Positions 37,447-47,396 of a DNA stretch of 64,000 nt are shown here, one piece after another. The notes beneath the pieces were generated by a model, which had not been told where the DNA came from, did no database searches, and saw nothing but the letters and a program-made list of their open reading frames with translations. Position 1 is the stretch's first letter. The number at the start of each line of letters is the position of its first letter. Position numbers and translations under genes: made by a program. This DNA comes from a virus (taxonomy: Duplodnaviria; Heunggongvirae; Uroviricota; Caudoviricetes). Where the stretch lies: IMG/VR virus record IMGVR_UViG_3300035210_000102, positions 28,354 through 92,353 of that record. One strand, written 5' to 3'.

Positions 37447-40047
37447 ATGGCTGATGAAGCGATAAAAGCTGCCCTTGTCGCGCAGCTCAGCTGTTTCCGC
37501 ACGCCGCTCTGCGCCTCGATTAGCTCGACCAATCTGACGATTGACGTCGAGGTCCGAGGATTCGGCCTCCCCCCAATCTACACAGCCAAATGTGCCGGCG
37601 GATGCGGAAACAGCGCATCCAACGCAGGAGACGTGCTTATGGTCGACAATTATAATCGCCTCCAAGGCGCGACGGCAACAACTGTCGGCAAGATGCCGGT
37701 GCGTGCTGCGACAACCGAAAATATTACGCTGTCGGGCTACCAAACTATAGACGGGCAAACCTTCGGCTCATCCGACGAAAGCGCCTATCACAATATGCGC
37801 GTACTTGTGTGGAAACAGTCGGACCCGAAGCAAAATGGAATTTATTTGGCAAATTCCGGGGCCTGGACGCGCACGCCTGACTTTGACGGCAACACGGACT
37901 TCGTATGCGGCAGCACGGTCTATGTTACAAACGGCACCATCTATGGTGGCCAGTTGTTTGTTGTTTCGTCAGCCGACCCGCAAAGCGTCGGCGTGAACAA
38001 CATCACGTTCAGCCAGTTTACGATTACGAAAAACCTATCGGTCGAATACTTCGGCGTAACCCCCGGCCTGCCTTCATCTGGTAGTGCTTCTGCAGTGGCC
38101 GCCGCCAACACAAGCGCGATGACCGCGGCCCTGTCCTATTGCGCGTCAAACGGCATCAGTCAGATATTCGCGCTTTCGCAGTATTATGTTTTCAGCGGCG
38201 CCGGCATCCGCATCCCCGATAGCGTGACCATCAAGGGCGGCGGCGTTGGCTTCTGGGACCCCGGCAGCACATCGCGGCAGAAGACCTGGGCCGGCACGAG
38301 CTTTATCGCCTACGGGACAGGGAGCAAGGTCGAATCGGTGTCCGGCATCACCGACCGTTCGGCCACGGGCGGCACGCGCACCGATGGCGTAAACACCTAC
38401 AAGCTCACAAACCTTATGAACACGGATGGTTCGGGCACAACGCCGGCAACCGCCAAAGCCTTCTCGGCCTTTGTCGCCCCACTTACCCGCGCGAGCGGCT
38501 ACTCCTACGCGTCCCATTGGGGCCTCGAGGATGTTCGCCTTGTCCCCTGGATCGGCACGGACGGCATTTCCGATTGGAATGACACAGGCAAAACCGCGCT
38601 TGCAGCGAACTGGGATGTCGGCCTCTACTCTCCGGACTCGGAATATGAGTGCTGCAAAAACGTTCAAGTTGTCGGCGATTGGCGCATTGCCGCGCTGTTC
38701 CGCGTGCAGGGCGATAATAGCGCTGCTACTGGCGCCGGCGGCGAGCGCGGCTACTACGAACGCTGCAGCTTCCAAGGATATCGAGGCGTCCTGCTTCGCG
38801 CACACGACATGTTGCCCGTGGTCGCAACAACTGTCAGCACCATCGACCTCCCCCTGACCTCTTCGAACTGGGTGCCAACTTCCGGCCAGCTTAAAACAGC
38901 CTCAACCACATATACCTATACGAACACGAGCTCTCCTGGCGGTGGCCTTCTTCGGCTGACAGGCGTTACGCCTGATCCATCATCCGTTACGGCCGGAACG
39001 CAAATGCGCGTTACCTACACGGGGTCCGGCGTCTCTGGCACGATTTTTCTTGGCTGTGAGATTCGCCCACTGATGCACGTATCTCAGCAGCCGGCGACGG
39101 CCCTTGGCTGGTCCTCGCCATCGCTCGCGCTTGAGGTCGACGGTTATCCGTTGCGCCGTTATGTGTTCATTTCCACGCGAATGATGAACCAGTCCGTTGA
39201 GCCCGGGAACACTTTCTTTGGCAACTGTTCGGACCTGGAGTTCCACGCATGCCAATTTGAAAACGGCTCTGTTATAGCGACGCCGAACTATTCCGATCAG
39301 ATTTGGGCCGCATATCCAGTAGGCGATACGCGCGGGATGATCTGGCTTCGGTGCGACCAAACGGCGGACCTAACACTATTTACACCTAGAACATTTTTCG
39401 ACTTCGACACTATATTCCCGTCATCTCGTAATTTCTCTTCGACCACTGAGGTTATTACGTCGGCCGCGACCCGCCCTCTTAGCATTCAGAACATTGGCGA
39501 CCTGACCTACAACAATACCGCAATCGGGACAATAGTCGCTCCATCGGCCTACAGCTGGTATCTAAAAGGCGGAGTCACAAATAGACTTGCCCTATTCGCG
39601 TCCGGGAATTTTGGGGCCGGCGTTGATAATACGCAAACCTTTGGCACGGGTTCACTTCGCTGGTCGACTATCTATGCCGGCACCGGCGCGATCAATACGT
39701 CGGACGAACGTGAAAAGCAGGACATTGAGGAGTTCGGCGATGCTGAGCGCCGCGTGGCTGCACGCCTGAAGCGCCTGTTGCGCAAGTTCCGCTTCAAAGA
39801 CGCCGTCACCGCAAAAGGCAATGAAGCGCGAATCCACTCCGGCGTTATCGCGCAAGACGTAATCGCAGCTTTTGACACGGAAGGCCTGGATGCTTCCCGC
39901 TACGGCCTACTCTGTCACGACGCGTGGGCGGCCGAGGCGGAAACATTCAACGAGGACGGCACTATAGCATCGCCAGCGCGCGATGCCGGCGAACGCTACG
40001 GCGTGCGCTACGAAGAACTGTTCTCTTTCATCCTGGCGGCACTTTAA
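37447..40047 (+). CDS. tailspike/tail fibre with pectin-lyase-like beta-helix and C-terminal peptidase-S74 intramolecular chaperone
   Basis: C-terminus AINTSDEREKQDIEEF...RIHSGVIAQDV...YEELFSFILAAL matches the endosialidase-type auto-cleaving chaperone domain (S-DxRxK, HxGxIAQ). The middle region is Gly/Thr/Ser beta-rich. Confidence 0.7.
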   Translation: MADEAIKAALVAQLSCFRTPLCASISSTNLTIDVEVRGFGLPPIYTAKCAGGCGNSASNAGDVLMVDNYNRLQGATATTVGKMPVRAATTENITLSGYQTIDGQTFGSSDESAYHNMRVLVWKQSDPKQNGIYLANSGAWTRTPDFDGNTDFVCGSTVYVTNGTIYGGQLFVVSSADPQSVGVNNITFSQFTITKNLSVEYFGVTPGLPSSGSASAVAAANTSAMTAALSYCASNGISQIFALSQYYVFSGAGIRIPDSVTIKGGGVGFWDPGSTSRQKTWAGTSFIAYGTGSKVESVSGITDRSATGGTRTDGVNTYKLTNLMNTDGSGTTPATAKAFSAFVAPLTRASGYSYASHWGLEDVRLVPWIGTDGISDWNDTGKTALAANWDVGLYSPDSEYECCKNVQVVGDWRIAALFRVQGDNSAATGAGGERGYYERCSFQGYRGVLLRAHDMLPVVATTVSTIDLPLTSSNWVPTSGQLKTASTTYTYTNTSSPGGGLLRLTGVTPDPSSVTAGTQMRVTYTGSGVSGTIFLGCEIRPLMHVSQQPATALGWSSPSLALEVDGYPLRRYVFISTRMMNQSVEPGNTFFGNCSDLEFHACQFENGSVIATPNYSDQIWAAYPVGDTRGMIWLRCDQTADLTLFTPRTFFDFDTIFPSSRNFSSTTEVITSAATRPLSIQNIGDLTYNNTAIGTIVAPSAYSWYLKGGVTNRLALFASGNFGAGVDNTQTFGTGSLRWSTIYAGTGAINTSDEREKQDIEEFGDAERRVAARLKRLLRKFRFKDAVTAKGNEARIHSGVIAQDVIAAFDTEGLDASRYGLLCHDAWAAEAETFNEDGTIASPARDAGERYGVRYEELFSFILAAL

Positions 40048-40050
40048 CCA

Positions 40051-42981
40051 GTGGCCCGCGCACTTCGGTCTATCCACGCCTTCAATGGAGGCGAGGCGAG
40101 TTATGCCGCCATGGCGAGGGTGGACCAGGAGTCCATCAAGCTTGCGGCCGAGGAGCAAGTAAACCTGCTCCCTTACGTGGTGGGCAAGGCGATCCAGCGC
40201 CCCGGCACAAAGCATCTCGGATCGGCACGCATTACACCGGCACAGGGGAGTGTCAAACTTATCCCCTTCGCCCGCAACGCGGACACCACGGCGCTGTTGG
40301 AGCTCTGCCTCCGGCCGTCATCGCCATCTGTCAGCATGCGCGTTTACGACAGCACCGACACCCTTGTCTCGATCCCGGCCGTTAGTTGCACAATAGCCGA
40401 CTCGACGCTTACGGGGTCCGGATGGACTAATGCGTCGACCGGCGGCGCAACTGTAACCTACGCCGCTCCTCCCGGATGCTTGATGTATTCGTCGTACACC
40501 GGCGGCAAAGCCGTCATTTGGCAGAAGGTAACGACAGCCTCGGTTGGCACGTCACATTCGCTTTCGATCACAAACGCCAATTCGGCAAACCCGGTGAGCC
40601 TGCGCATCGGCACATCGCTCAATGGGCAAGACCTCGTTAAACTGACAAGCCTCCCGCCGGGCAATCACATCGTCAGTTTTACGCCGGCCGCCGCTGATTT
40701 CTGGGTTCAATTTGAGACGTCTGGCGGCGCGGTGCACGTAGCGGAATGCTCCATCGCATCAGCCGGGCCCTTGGTCGTGTGGGTTCCAAACCCGACAAGC
40801 TGGGCGACGGCCAATCTCGCAGACCTTCGATATACGCAATCGCTGGATGAAATCTTTATCGCCGCGGCCGATAGCCAGCAGCTCATCATCCAACACCGCG
40901 GGCCTACATCCTGGTCATTGTGTTACTACTTCACAAATGATGGTCCTTTCCAGGACACTCAGTCCGACCCGAACATCTTCATCTCGCCGAGCTCGACACA
41001 GGGCACGCCCCTGTTGACCTCAAATTACGACTTCTTCACCAGCGACAAAGTCGGGCAATTGCTGCAAATCTCGCATTCCAAAACGAATGCAGATTACTTC
41101 ATTGCGGCGCAGGGCGCCTCCACCGCACCTATTCGTGTGACGGGTATTCAGGTTGCCGGCGACCGCGAATGGAGCGCCACAATCAGCGGCACATGGGTCG
41201 GCACAATTTCCGTCGAGCGGTCCTTCAACAATCAATTTTCGGGCTATGAAGTCTACAAGCCTATGGTGGCCTCCGGAGACACTTACGTGGCCGGCTCGCC
41301 CGTTACCACAACCGTCAACGCCACGATCAGCGTTAATGATGCCAGTGACAACGCGATCGCTTGGTATCGCCTGACATTTTCGTCTTACACTTCCGGCGCC
41401 GCGACAGTGCATATCAACTATGGCGGCTTCGGCGGCACGGGCATTTGCCGTATCATCGAAGCGGTGACACCTACCACCGCTTACGCTGAAGTCTTCACGC
41501 CATTCACCGACGTTACGCCAAGCAAGGTGTGGCTCGAGGGGGACTGGTCCGACGCAAGAGGCTGGCCGACAGCCTGCGCATTCTTCGATGGTCGGCTCTG
41601 GTGGGCGCGAGACAACCAGTTCTGGGGCAGTGTCGCAGACTCGTTCTTCTCCATGGCCGTCGCGGAATCGGCAAGCACGACGACGTCGGGCACAACGATG
41701 ACCACCGACGCGAGCTCAATCCAACGCTACATCGCGACCGGCGGCACATTCGATGATGTGCAGTATATGTTGCCGTTGCAACGGCTCTTAATGGGAACTT
41801 CCGGCGCCGAGATCCCAGCCCGATCGTCAAATCTCGACGAGCCGCTTACCCCAACCAACGTCACACTGCGCGATTCGTCGAGCCAGGGCTCCGCCAACAT
41901 CCAGGCCGTCAAGATCGACAAGCGCGGCATCATGGTGCAGGGCTCGACGCACAAACTGTATGCGCTGGCCTACAACCCCTATAACCAGGACTTCGACGCT
42001 GAAAATATTTTGCGCATCAACGAGGATATTGGCTATCCGGACAACCCGGCCTATACGACCGGCTTTGTTGATCTAGCCGTTCAGCGGCAGCCTGAAACAT
42101 ATATTTGGGCGGCGCGCTCTGATGGCATTGCGGTTTGTGTTCTTTATGAGCCGGCAGAAAAGGTGCAAGCCCTCTTTCGCATCATGACAGGCACAGGCGA
42201 ATTCTCCTATGACGGAGCAGGCCAAACACCGGATGAAATCTTGCAAGTCGTCGTGATCCCGCAGACCGGCGAAGATAGCGTTTACTGGCTGGTAAAGCGT
42301 TACATTTCCGGCGTAGCCTGTTATTATATTGAGAAAATGGAAGCCCATCGCGACACGCTGACTCGCGTTTGGGATAGCACTACTCGAAAACAAGTTACAG
42401 CGCCCGGCACCCGCCAAGTCGACTCTTACGTCTATGCAACACCAGATGCCACAAACACAGTTTCCGGCCTCTCACACCTTGCGGGACGTACCGTCATGGC
42501 TTTGGGATACTCGGATGAGCGGGCGACATACGGGCCGCTGCTTAATTCAGTCGGCGGAACAACATTCACTGTCTCTGGTGCTGGCACAATTACACTCGGA
42601 GAAACCGCAAGCACCGGCGTTCGTGTAGGCATACCCTATTACGGATATTACAAATCGTCCAAACTGGTCAGTGCCACAGCCCAAGGGGACACGACGCTGC
42701 TGAAGCCCAAGAAGGTCGGCGCGATCGGTCTCTTGATGCAGGACACACACCCCGACGCGCTACTACTCGGGTCTGACTTCGACGGCATTGAAACGATGGA
42801 CCCGCTGCCGCGGATCGAAGACCTGAAGCCCGTCCAGACAAAAGGCGCCCTCCAACGCCTTTACGACAAACGCCTGTTCCCGTTCGCGAATGTCTGGGAC
42901 ACGGACGCCCGGGTTTGTATTCAGGTGCAGCCCGGCTACTCGACAACCCTTAGCCATATAGTGCTTGAACTTGAAACATGA
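40051..42981 (+). CDS. large tail/nozzle-type structural protein (976 aa)
   Basis: Sits between the tailspike and the internal-virion-type proteins. Beta-rich composition. Confidence 0.45.
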   Translation: MARALRSIHAFNGGEASYAAMARVDQESIKLAAEEQVNLLPYVVGKAIQRPGTKHLGSARITPAQGSVKLIPFARNADTTALLELCLRPSSPSVSMRVYDSTDTLVSIPAVSCTIADSTLTGSGWTNASTGGATVTYAAPPGCLMYSSYTGGKAVIWQKVTTASVGTSHSLSITNANSANPVSLRIGTSLNGQDLVKLTSLPPGNHIVSFTPAAADFWVQFETSGGAVHVAECSIASAGPLVVWVPNPTSWATANLADLRYTQSLDEIFIAAADSQQLIIQHRGPTSWSLCYYFTNDGPFQDTQSDPNIFISPSSTQGTPLLTSNYDFFTSDKVGQLLQISHSKTNADYFIAAQGASTAPIRVTGIQVAGDREWSATISGTWVGTISVERSFNNQFSGYEVYKPMVASGDTYVAGSPVTTTVNATISVNDASDNAIAWYRLTFSSYTSGAATVHINYGGFGGTGICRIIEAVTPTTAYAEVFTPFTDVTPSKVWLEGDWSDARGWPTACAFFDGRLWWARDNQFWGSVADSFFSMAVAESASTTTSGTTMTTDASSIQRYIATGGTFDDVQYMLPLQRLLMGTSGAEIPARSSNLDEPLTPTNVTLRDSSSQGSANIQAVKIDKRGIMVQGSTHKLYALAYNPYNQDFDAENILRINEDIGYPDNPAYTTGFVDLAVQRQPETYIWAARSDGIAVCVLYEPAEKVQALFRIMTGTGEFSYDGAGQTPDEILQVVVIPQTGEDSVYWLVKRYISGVACYYIEKMEAHRDTLTRVWDSTTRKQVTAPGTRQVDSYVYATPDATNTVSGLSHLAGRTVMALGYSDERATYGPLLNSVGGTTFTVSGAGTITLGETASTGVRVGIPYYGYYKSSKLVSATAQGDTTLLKPKKVGAIGLLMQDTHPDALLLGSDFDGIETMDPLPRIEDLKPVQTKGALQRLYDKRLFPFANVWDTDARVCIQVQPGYSTTLSHIVLELET

Positions 42982-43393
42982 GTTCCGCCTTGCCGAGTTA
43001 TCGGAACTAAAACACTTTTACGAAGCCCCCGCATTGCCTCCTATGTTGGCCATGTGGGGGCTTTTCCTGCATAATGAGATCGTCGGCGCCGCGGGCGTGA
43101 TCCTCGACCCCAGGGATGTCGGAACGATCCTGGAAGAGGATGCCCGGCATATTGTTTTTTTCGACCTGCGCCACCAAGCGGATGTCTTTCTTGGCGCCGA
43201 GATCGTGCGCCGCATTCGTGACTGGCTGCGTCAATTCGGCCGCCCCGTCTGGGCGCAGCACGATGACAGGCATCCACAATCTGAGAAATTCTTGACCGTC
43301 CTCGGCTTCCGACCAACTGGTCGGGTCCGCAGCGACTTACAAAATACCGGCCGCATGCTCCAAATGTGGGTGCGCCCGAGCGACTTAAAGTGA
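42965..43393 (+). CDS. hypothetical protein
   Basis: 142-aa ORF. Confidence 0.3.
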   Translation: MNLKHEFRLAELSELKHFYEAPALPPMLAMWGLFLHNEIVGAAGVILDPRDVGTILEEDARHIVFFDLRHQADVFLGAEIVRRIRDWLRQFGRPVWAQHDDRHPQSEKFLTVLGFRPTGRVRSDLQNTGRMLQMWVRPSDLK

Positions 43394-43400
43394 GGCTACA

Positions 43401-43880
43401 ATGGCAGAATTAGCGGCAATTTCCGCGATCGCCTCAATTGCGGGCGGCGGCATTGGTGCCATGGGCGCGATGCAGCAAGGCGCGGCAGCAAAGGCGGCTG
43501 GGGAATATCAGAACAAGGTCGACATTGCGCAGGGCAAACAGGCCTTCGCTGAAAGCCAGATTCCGGAATTCAACCAGTATCGCAAAGGCGACGCTGAAGC
43601 CGGCAAGTTTCGCACAATCGCGGCGGGGTCTGGGGCCGGCGGCGGCCCGACCGTCAAAGAGCTGTACGGCCAGATGGCCAGTCTCAACGAAACGCAGGCC
43701 GACGAAGAGCTCTTCAAGGGCCAACAAAAGCAACAAGCCTACAACGTGGCCGGGGCGAACGCGCTCTATCAAGGGCAGGTCCAGAAAGACGCGTCGATGT
43801 GGAACGCGGCTGGAACTTTCCTTTCCGGCGCCTCGAAGGCCTTCGCCGGAAAGACCGGCTCAGACTTCAATTTTACTTAA
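43401..43880 (+). CDS. hypothetical internal-virion-type protein
   Basis: 159 aa, Ala/Gly/Gln-rich. Confidence 0.35.
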   Translation: MAELAAISAIASIAGGGIGAMGAMQQGAAAKAAGEYQNKVDIAQGKQAFAESQIPEFNQYRKGDAEAGKFRTIAAGSGAGGGPTVKELYGQMASLNETQADEELFKGQQKQQAYNVAGANALYQGQVQKDASMWNAAGTFLSGASKAFAGKTGSDFNFT

Positions 43881-43895
43881 TACGGGCCAACGCTC

Positions 43896-46800
43896 ATGGT
43901 TAAACTACCCGACCAATTCTCACTGGGTGAAATTCCCGATCCGTATGTTCGCGTGCCAGTTCCGACCGCGAGCGAAGTCGATGCTGGCGCGATCGGCCGG
44001 GCGATGCAGCATTTCGGCAGCGCTGTTGGCGACGTCTCCACCGCGCTCGCAAACCACCAGAACCAAAACAACGCGCTCGAGCTCGCAAAAGCCGACACCG
44101 CCTATAAGGTCGGCATCGCGGGTCTTTCGGAGTCGCTCGCAAACGACCCGGACCCCGACACGCATGTGCAGCGCTACAATGAAGGCGAGGCCGCGCTTCG
44201 GCAGCAGTCCAAGAGCATGTTCAGCAAGCCGGAAAAGGGCGATCTCTGGGAACAGCACGCAATCCCGCATGGCGTGAATACCGGAATAGGCGTCGGCCGA
44301 TACGCAAACGGGCTGATCAAGGAACGGCAGAGCGGCGAGTTTGACGACACATTCAAGTCAGCGCTGACCCACTTTTACGCCAACCCGACTAGCGAAAATC
44401 TGACAGCCCTTGAGCATCACGTCGACAATGGCGAACATTCTGGGTTGCTCAACCCGAAGACGGCGCGGCAATACCGGGCCGATATCAACTCAGCGATGAA
44501 TGGCGTCTATCTCGGCGTCGGTGCTCCAACCGCGCAACCGCAGTCAAACATGCCCGGTGGGGCACCAGGTATTGCGCCTCCGCCCGCAAACGAAACGATA
44601 GAGGCACAAGGCGGCGAGCCGACAGAACAAAAGCCAGACCAGTCGCGGCTTGTGTCCGCGCCTGCAAAGCCAACAATGCAGCCGACGCAGGTTTCGACCG
44701 CGCCGGAACAACCGGCGCAAAGTTCGGTCGACTATCTGGCGCCCTATGCTGGCAAGTCGAACATCAAAGACCTGAACCCCGATTTTCGTCAGCGCGTAGT
44801 AAGCGCACTTTCCGATATGCCGGAGAATTTACGCTCCACAATTCGCATCACCGGATATCGGAACGACCAGGAACAGCATGACGCCATCGTCCGACATCTG
44901 CGAGCAGCCGGCATGCCGGTCACGCAGGCTAATCTGGAGCGCGGCATACCGGGCGTAGTCGCTGGCCTCGATTTCAATCCCGATGGCAGCTACACCTCAA
45001 GGTCAAGGCATTCGGTGAAAGGCGAAAACGGCGATCCATCTGGCGAAGCCGTCGATATCACCGGCTCGGATGCCGCGATGGCGTGGCTGCACCGCAAAGG
45101 GTTTGGCACCCAATATGGGTTTGAGAACCCCGCAAATCTTCGCGGCTCGGACCCTGTGCATTTCCAGATGACCGGAGGCGCCGGGCAAGATTTCAGCTCG
45201 CGCACGGGCGGCGTCATTAACGCCCCCACCCGGCAAGCCATCGCTGATGTATCTGGCGCCTACGGCTTTAAGCCGGGCGTGCTGCCGTCCCTGATAAACT
45301 TGGAGTCCGGCTGGAACACAAAGAACAGCACAGGCTCATACAGCGGTCTGACCCAAATGGGCAAGGATACGTTCGATGAGGCCGGCGGTCGCTTGGCCGG
45401 ACTGACATACAGCCAATATCTGAACGCTGGCCCGGCCGACCAGATCAAGGCCTACGGCGCATGGCTGCAGCATTACGGCTTCAGCGACAAGATGCAGCGC
45501 AATGGCATCGATTTCGCCAACTTGCCGCCTGAAAAACAAGCCGCTGTCCTGCAGGCGTTTCAGTTCGGGCCCAACGATGAACGATGGATGGAGGCCGCGG
45601 GCCGGGGTGATTGGCATACGCCAGTCACCAACACTAAGCAGGCGGACGCGCTCGGCGACACGTCCCTTAGCGTTATGTCACAATATTATGGCGGGCAGGT
45701 TAGAATCGCATCCGCCCAAACTGGTACGGCAACCGATGCCAGCCGCGCCCCGCGCAGCCTGAGTGACCCTGCCCTGCCAGATGGCCCGCAGGTCGACATG
45801 TCCAAGGTTCCGGACTGGATGCGCGAACGCCGATCGCCGTTTGAGATTCAACAGCTGGAACGGATACGGCAGTCGCAAGTCGCAAAAGTCGATGATGCCG
45901 TGCGCGAGCAGGCGGAGAGCTCAATCAGAAACGACATCGCTCGGCTGAAGGACGGCGTTCCTGTTGCCAAAAACGAAGCCGGCCTCGCGTCTATCGACGC
46001 TTTGCGCGATCGCTTTCAGGGGCCGAAAGGGCAAGCCAAGATTTCGAAGCTCGGGCGCGAGTGGAATGTCGCGCAATACGAGCATAACCTCAAAGCTCCG
46101 CTCACCGGCATGAGTTACTCAGACGGCATGGCCTGGATTGCCAACAATGACCCACGGAAACTGGACAGCAAAGATTTCGATTACGAAGACGCCAAAGTCG
46201 CACACGATGAAGTGCAACACTACTTCGAGCAGCTTCACAAGGTCCGGAACGATGACGCGGCGCGGTCTGTAAGCGGCTTCCAAATCTCGAAAATGAGCAA
46301 CGGGGCAGGTATTGTCCCGCCGGCGCCGGAAGTGCAGGCCGCTATGGAAGAGGCGCGCACCGGCGGCACACGTCAGTTCGATGGCTCGATCATCCCCTAT
46401 ACCCATCAGCAACGCTGGGGCGTGCTTTTCAAGGGGCGGCTGGCAGCGCAAGAAAAAGCCGGCCTTGATGAAGGGCAGCAGCGCGTGCTTACAGTCCCAG
46501 AGTCCGAGCAGCTGCTCAACATGGATATCTCGCACATTCCGGACGGCAATCTTCTGACCGAAAAATTGGATGAGGCGGCCGCCAGAGCCAAGGTGTGGTT
46601 TGGGCCGGAAAATGCCGAGCGCGGATTGCGCGATGCCATCGCTGTGATGATGCACAAAACGGAGCAGCGCGACGCGGCCACTAACGCGCTGAGCGAACTA
46701 GCGACCTACAGAACCCTGCAGCCCGCCACGATCGCCGCTCTGCAAAACCAAAGCAAACTCGACCCGCTCTCGCAATACATTAGGCGACAGCAAGTAATGG

Positions 46801-47396
46801 GCGCGCGCGTCGATACCACCCTCCCCGTGCCGGCAGTTGCGGCAACTGGCTTCGGCGAGATGCCGCCGTCAAAGCAGGACATCAAGGATCTTCGAATGAA
46901 CCCGGCCAACTGGCGCAATTTCGATTCTCAGTTCGGCGACGGCGCCGCAGCTCGAGCGCTCATGTCGCCGGATGCCCAGTACGACAAGTCGGCCTATTAC
47001 CCCGGCAATTCAGGGGGTTACGACCGGCCAATCAGAATCGGACATCAGCTGTCCGCGGCCACCCGAAAAGAAGCGGCCAACTTTACTGGACGCAACCCGG
47101 TAAGCATCGATGAGATCAGGCAGCAAGCAGGATCGGGCGCCGATCCGATGGTTCGGCCAAGTGCGAACTACATGCCGGAGCCGGAAGCTCAAAGCCTCCC
47201 TCGTTGGGCTGGAATATCTCGTCGTGACATGCCGCAAACAGAAAAATCCAGCACTGAAGAGCCCGCAACGCCGTTTGGCGGCCACACAGCCGGCGGCTAC
47301 ACCATTGGCGGCGTCAAGCCGATCGGTAGCGGACAACGTTTTGGAGGCAAACGTTATGGCGCCTCCGCAATACCAAAAACTATGGAAGCGCAATAA
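43896..47396 (+). CDS. large virion protein with peptidase-M15 (VanY/D-Ala-D-Ala carboxypeptidase-like) and lysozyme-like regions
   Basis: ITGYRNDQEQHDAI...SRHSVKGENGDPSGEAVDI...PVHFQ resembles the M15 zinc-ligand pattern. The size and position resemble ejection-type (gp15/16-like) proteins. Confidence 0.55.
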   Translation: MVKLPDQFSLGEIPDPYVRVPVPTASEVDAGAIGRAMQHFGSAVGDVSTALANHQNQNNALELAKADTAYKVGIAGLSESLANDPDPDTHVQRYNEGEAALRQQSKSMFSKPEKGDLWEQHAIPHGVNTGIGVGRYANGLIKERQSGEFDDTFKSALTHFYANPTSENLTALEHHVDNGEHSGLLNPKTARQYRADINSAMNGVYLGVGAPTAQPQSNMPGGAPGIAPPPANETIEAQGGEPTEQKPDQSRLVSAPAKPTMQPTQVSTAPEQPAQSSVDYLAPYAGKSNIKDLNPDFRQRVVSALSDMPENLRSTIRITGYRNDQEQHDAIVRHLRAAGMPVTQANLERGIPGVVAGLDFNPDGSYTSRSRHSVKGENGDPSGEAVDITGSDAAMAWLHRKGFGTQYGFENPANLRGSDPVHFQMTGGAGQDFSSRTGGVINAPTRQAIADVSGAYGFKPGVLPSLINLESGWNTKNSTGSYSGLTQMGKDTFDEAGGRLAGLTYSQYLNAGPADQIKAYGAWLQHYGFSDKMQRNGIDFANLPPEKQAAVLQAFQFGPNDERWMEAAGRGDWHTPVTNTKQADALGDTSLSVMSQYYGGQVRIASAQTGTATDASRAPRSLSDPALPDGPQVDMSKVPDWMRERRSPFEIQQLERIRQSQVAKVDDAVREQAESSIRNDIARLKDGVPVAKNEAGLASIDALRDRFQGPKGQAKISKLGREWNVAQYEHNLKAPLTGMSYSDGMAWIANNDPRKLDSKDFDYEDAKVAHDEVQHYFEQLHKVRNDDAARSVSGFQISKMSNGAGIVPPAPEVQAAMEEARTGGTRQFDGSIIPYTHQQRWGVLFKGRLAAQEKAGLDEGQQRVLTVPESEQLLNMDISHIPDGNLLTEKLDEAAARAKVWFGPENAERGLRDAIAVMMHKTEQRDAATNALSELATYRTLQPATIAALQNQSKLDPLSQYIRRQQVMGARVDTTLPVPAVAATGFGEMPPSKQDIKDLRMNPANWRNFDSQFGDGAAARALMSPDAQYDKSAYYPGNSGGYDRPIRIGHQLSAATRKEAANFTGRNPVSIDEIRQQAGSGADPMVRPSANYMPEPEAQSLPRWAGISRRDMPQTEKSSTEEPATPFGGHTAGGYTIGGVKPIGSGQRFGGKRYGASAIPKTMEAQ

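Noticed and set aside
42965-43393. Possible small GNAT acetyltransferase.
   Set aside because: Only a weak C-terminal resemblance (FLTVLGF) and no Q/RxxGxG/A motif A. Kept as hypothetical.
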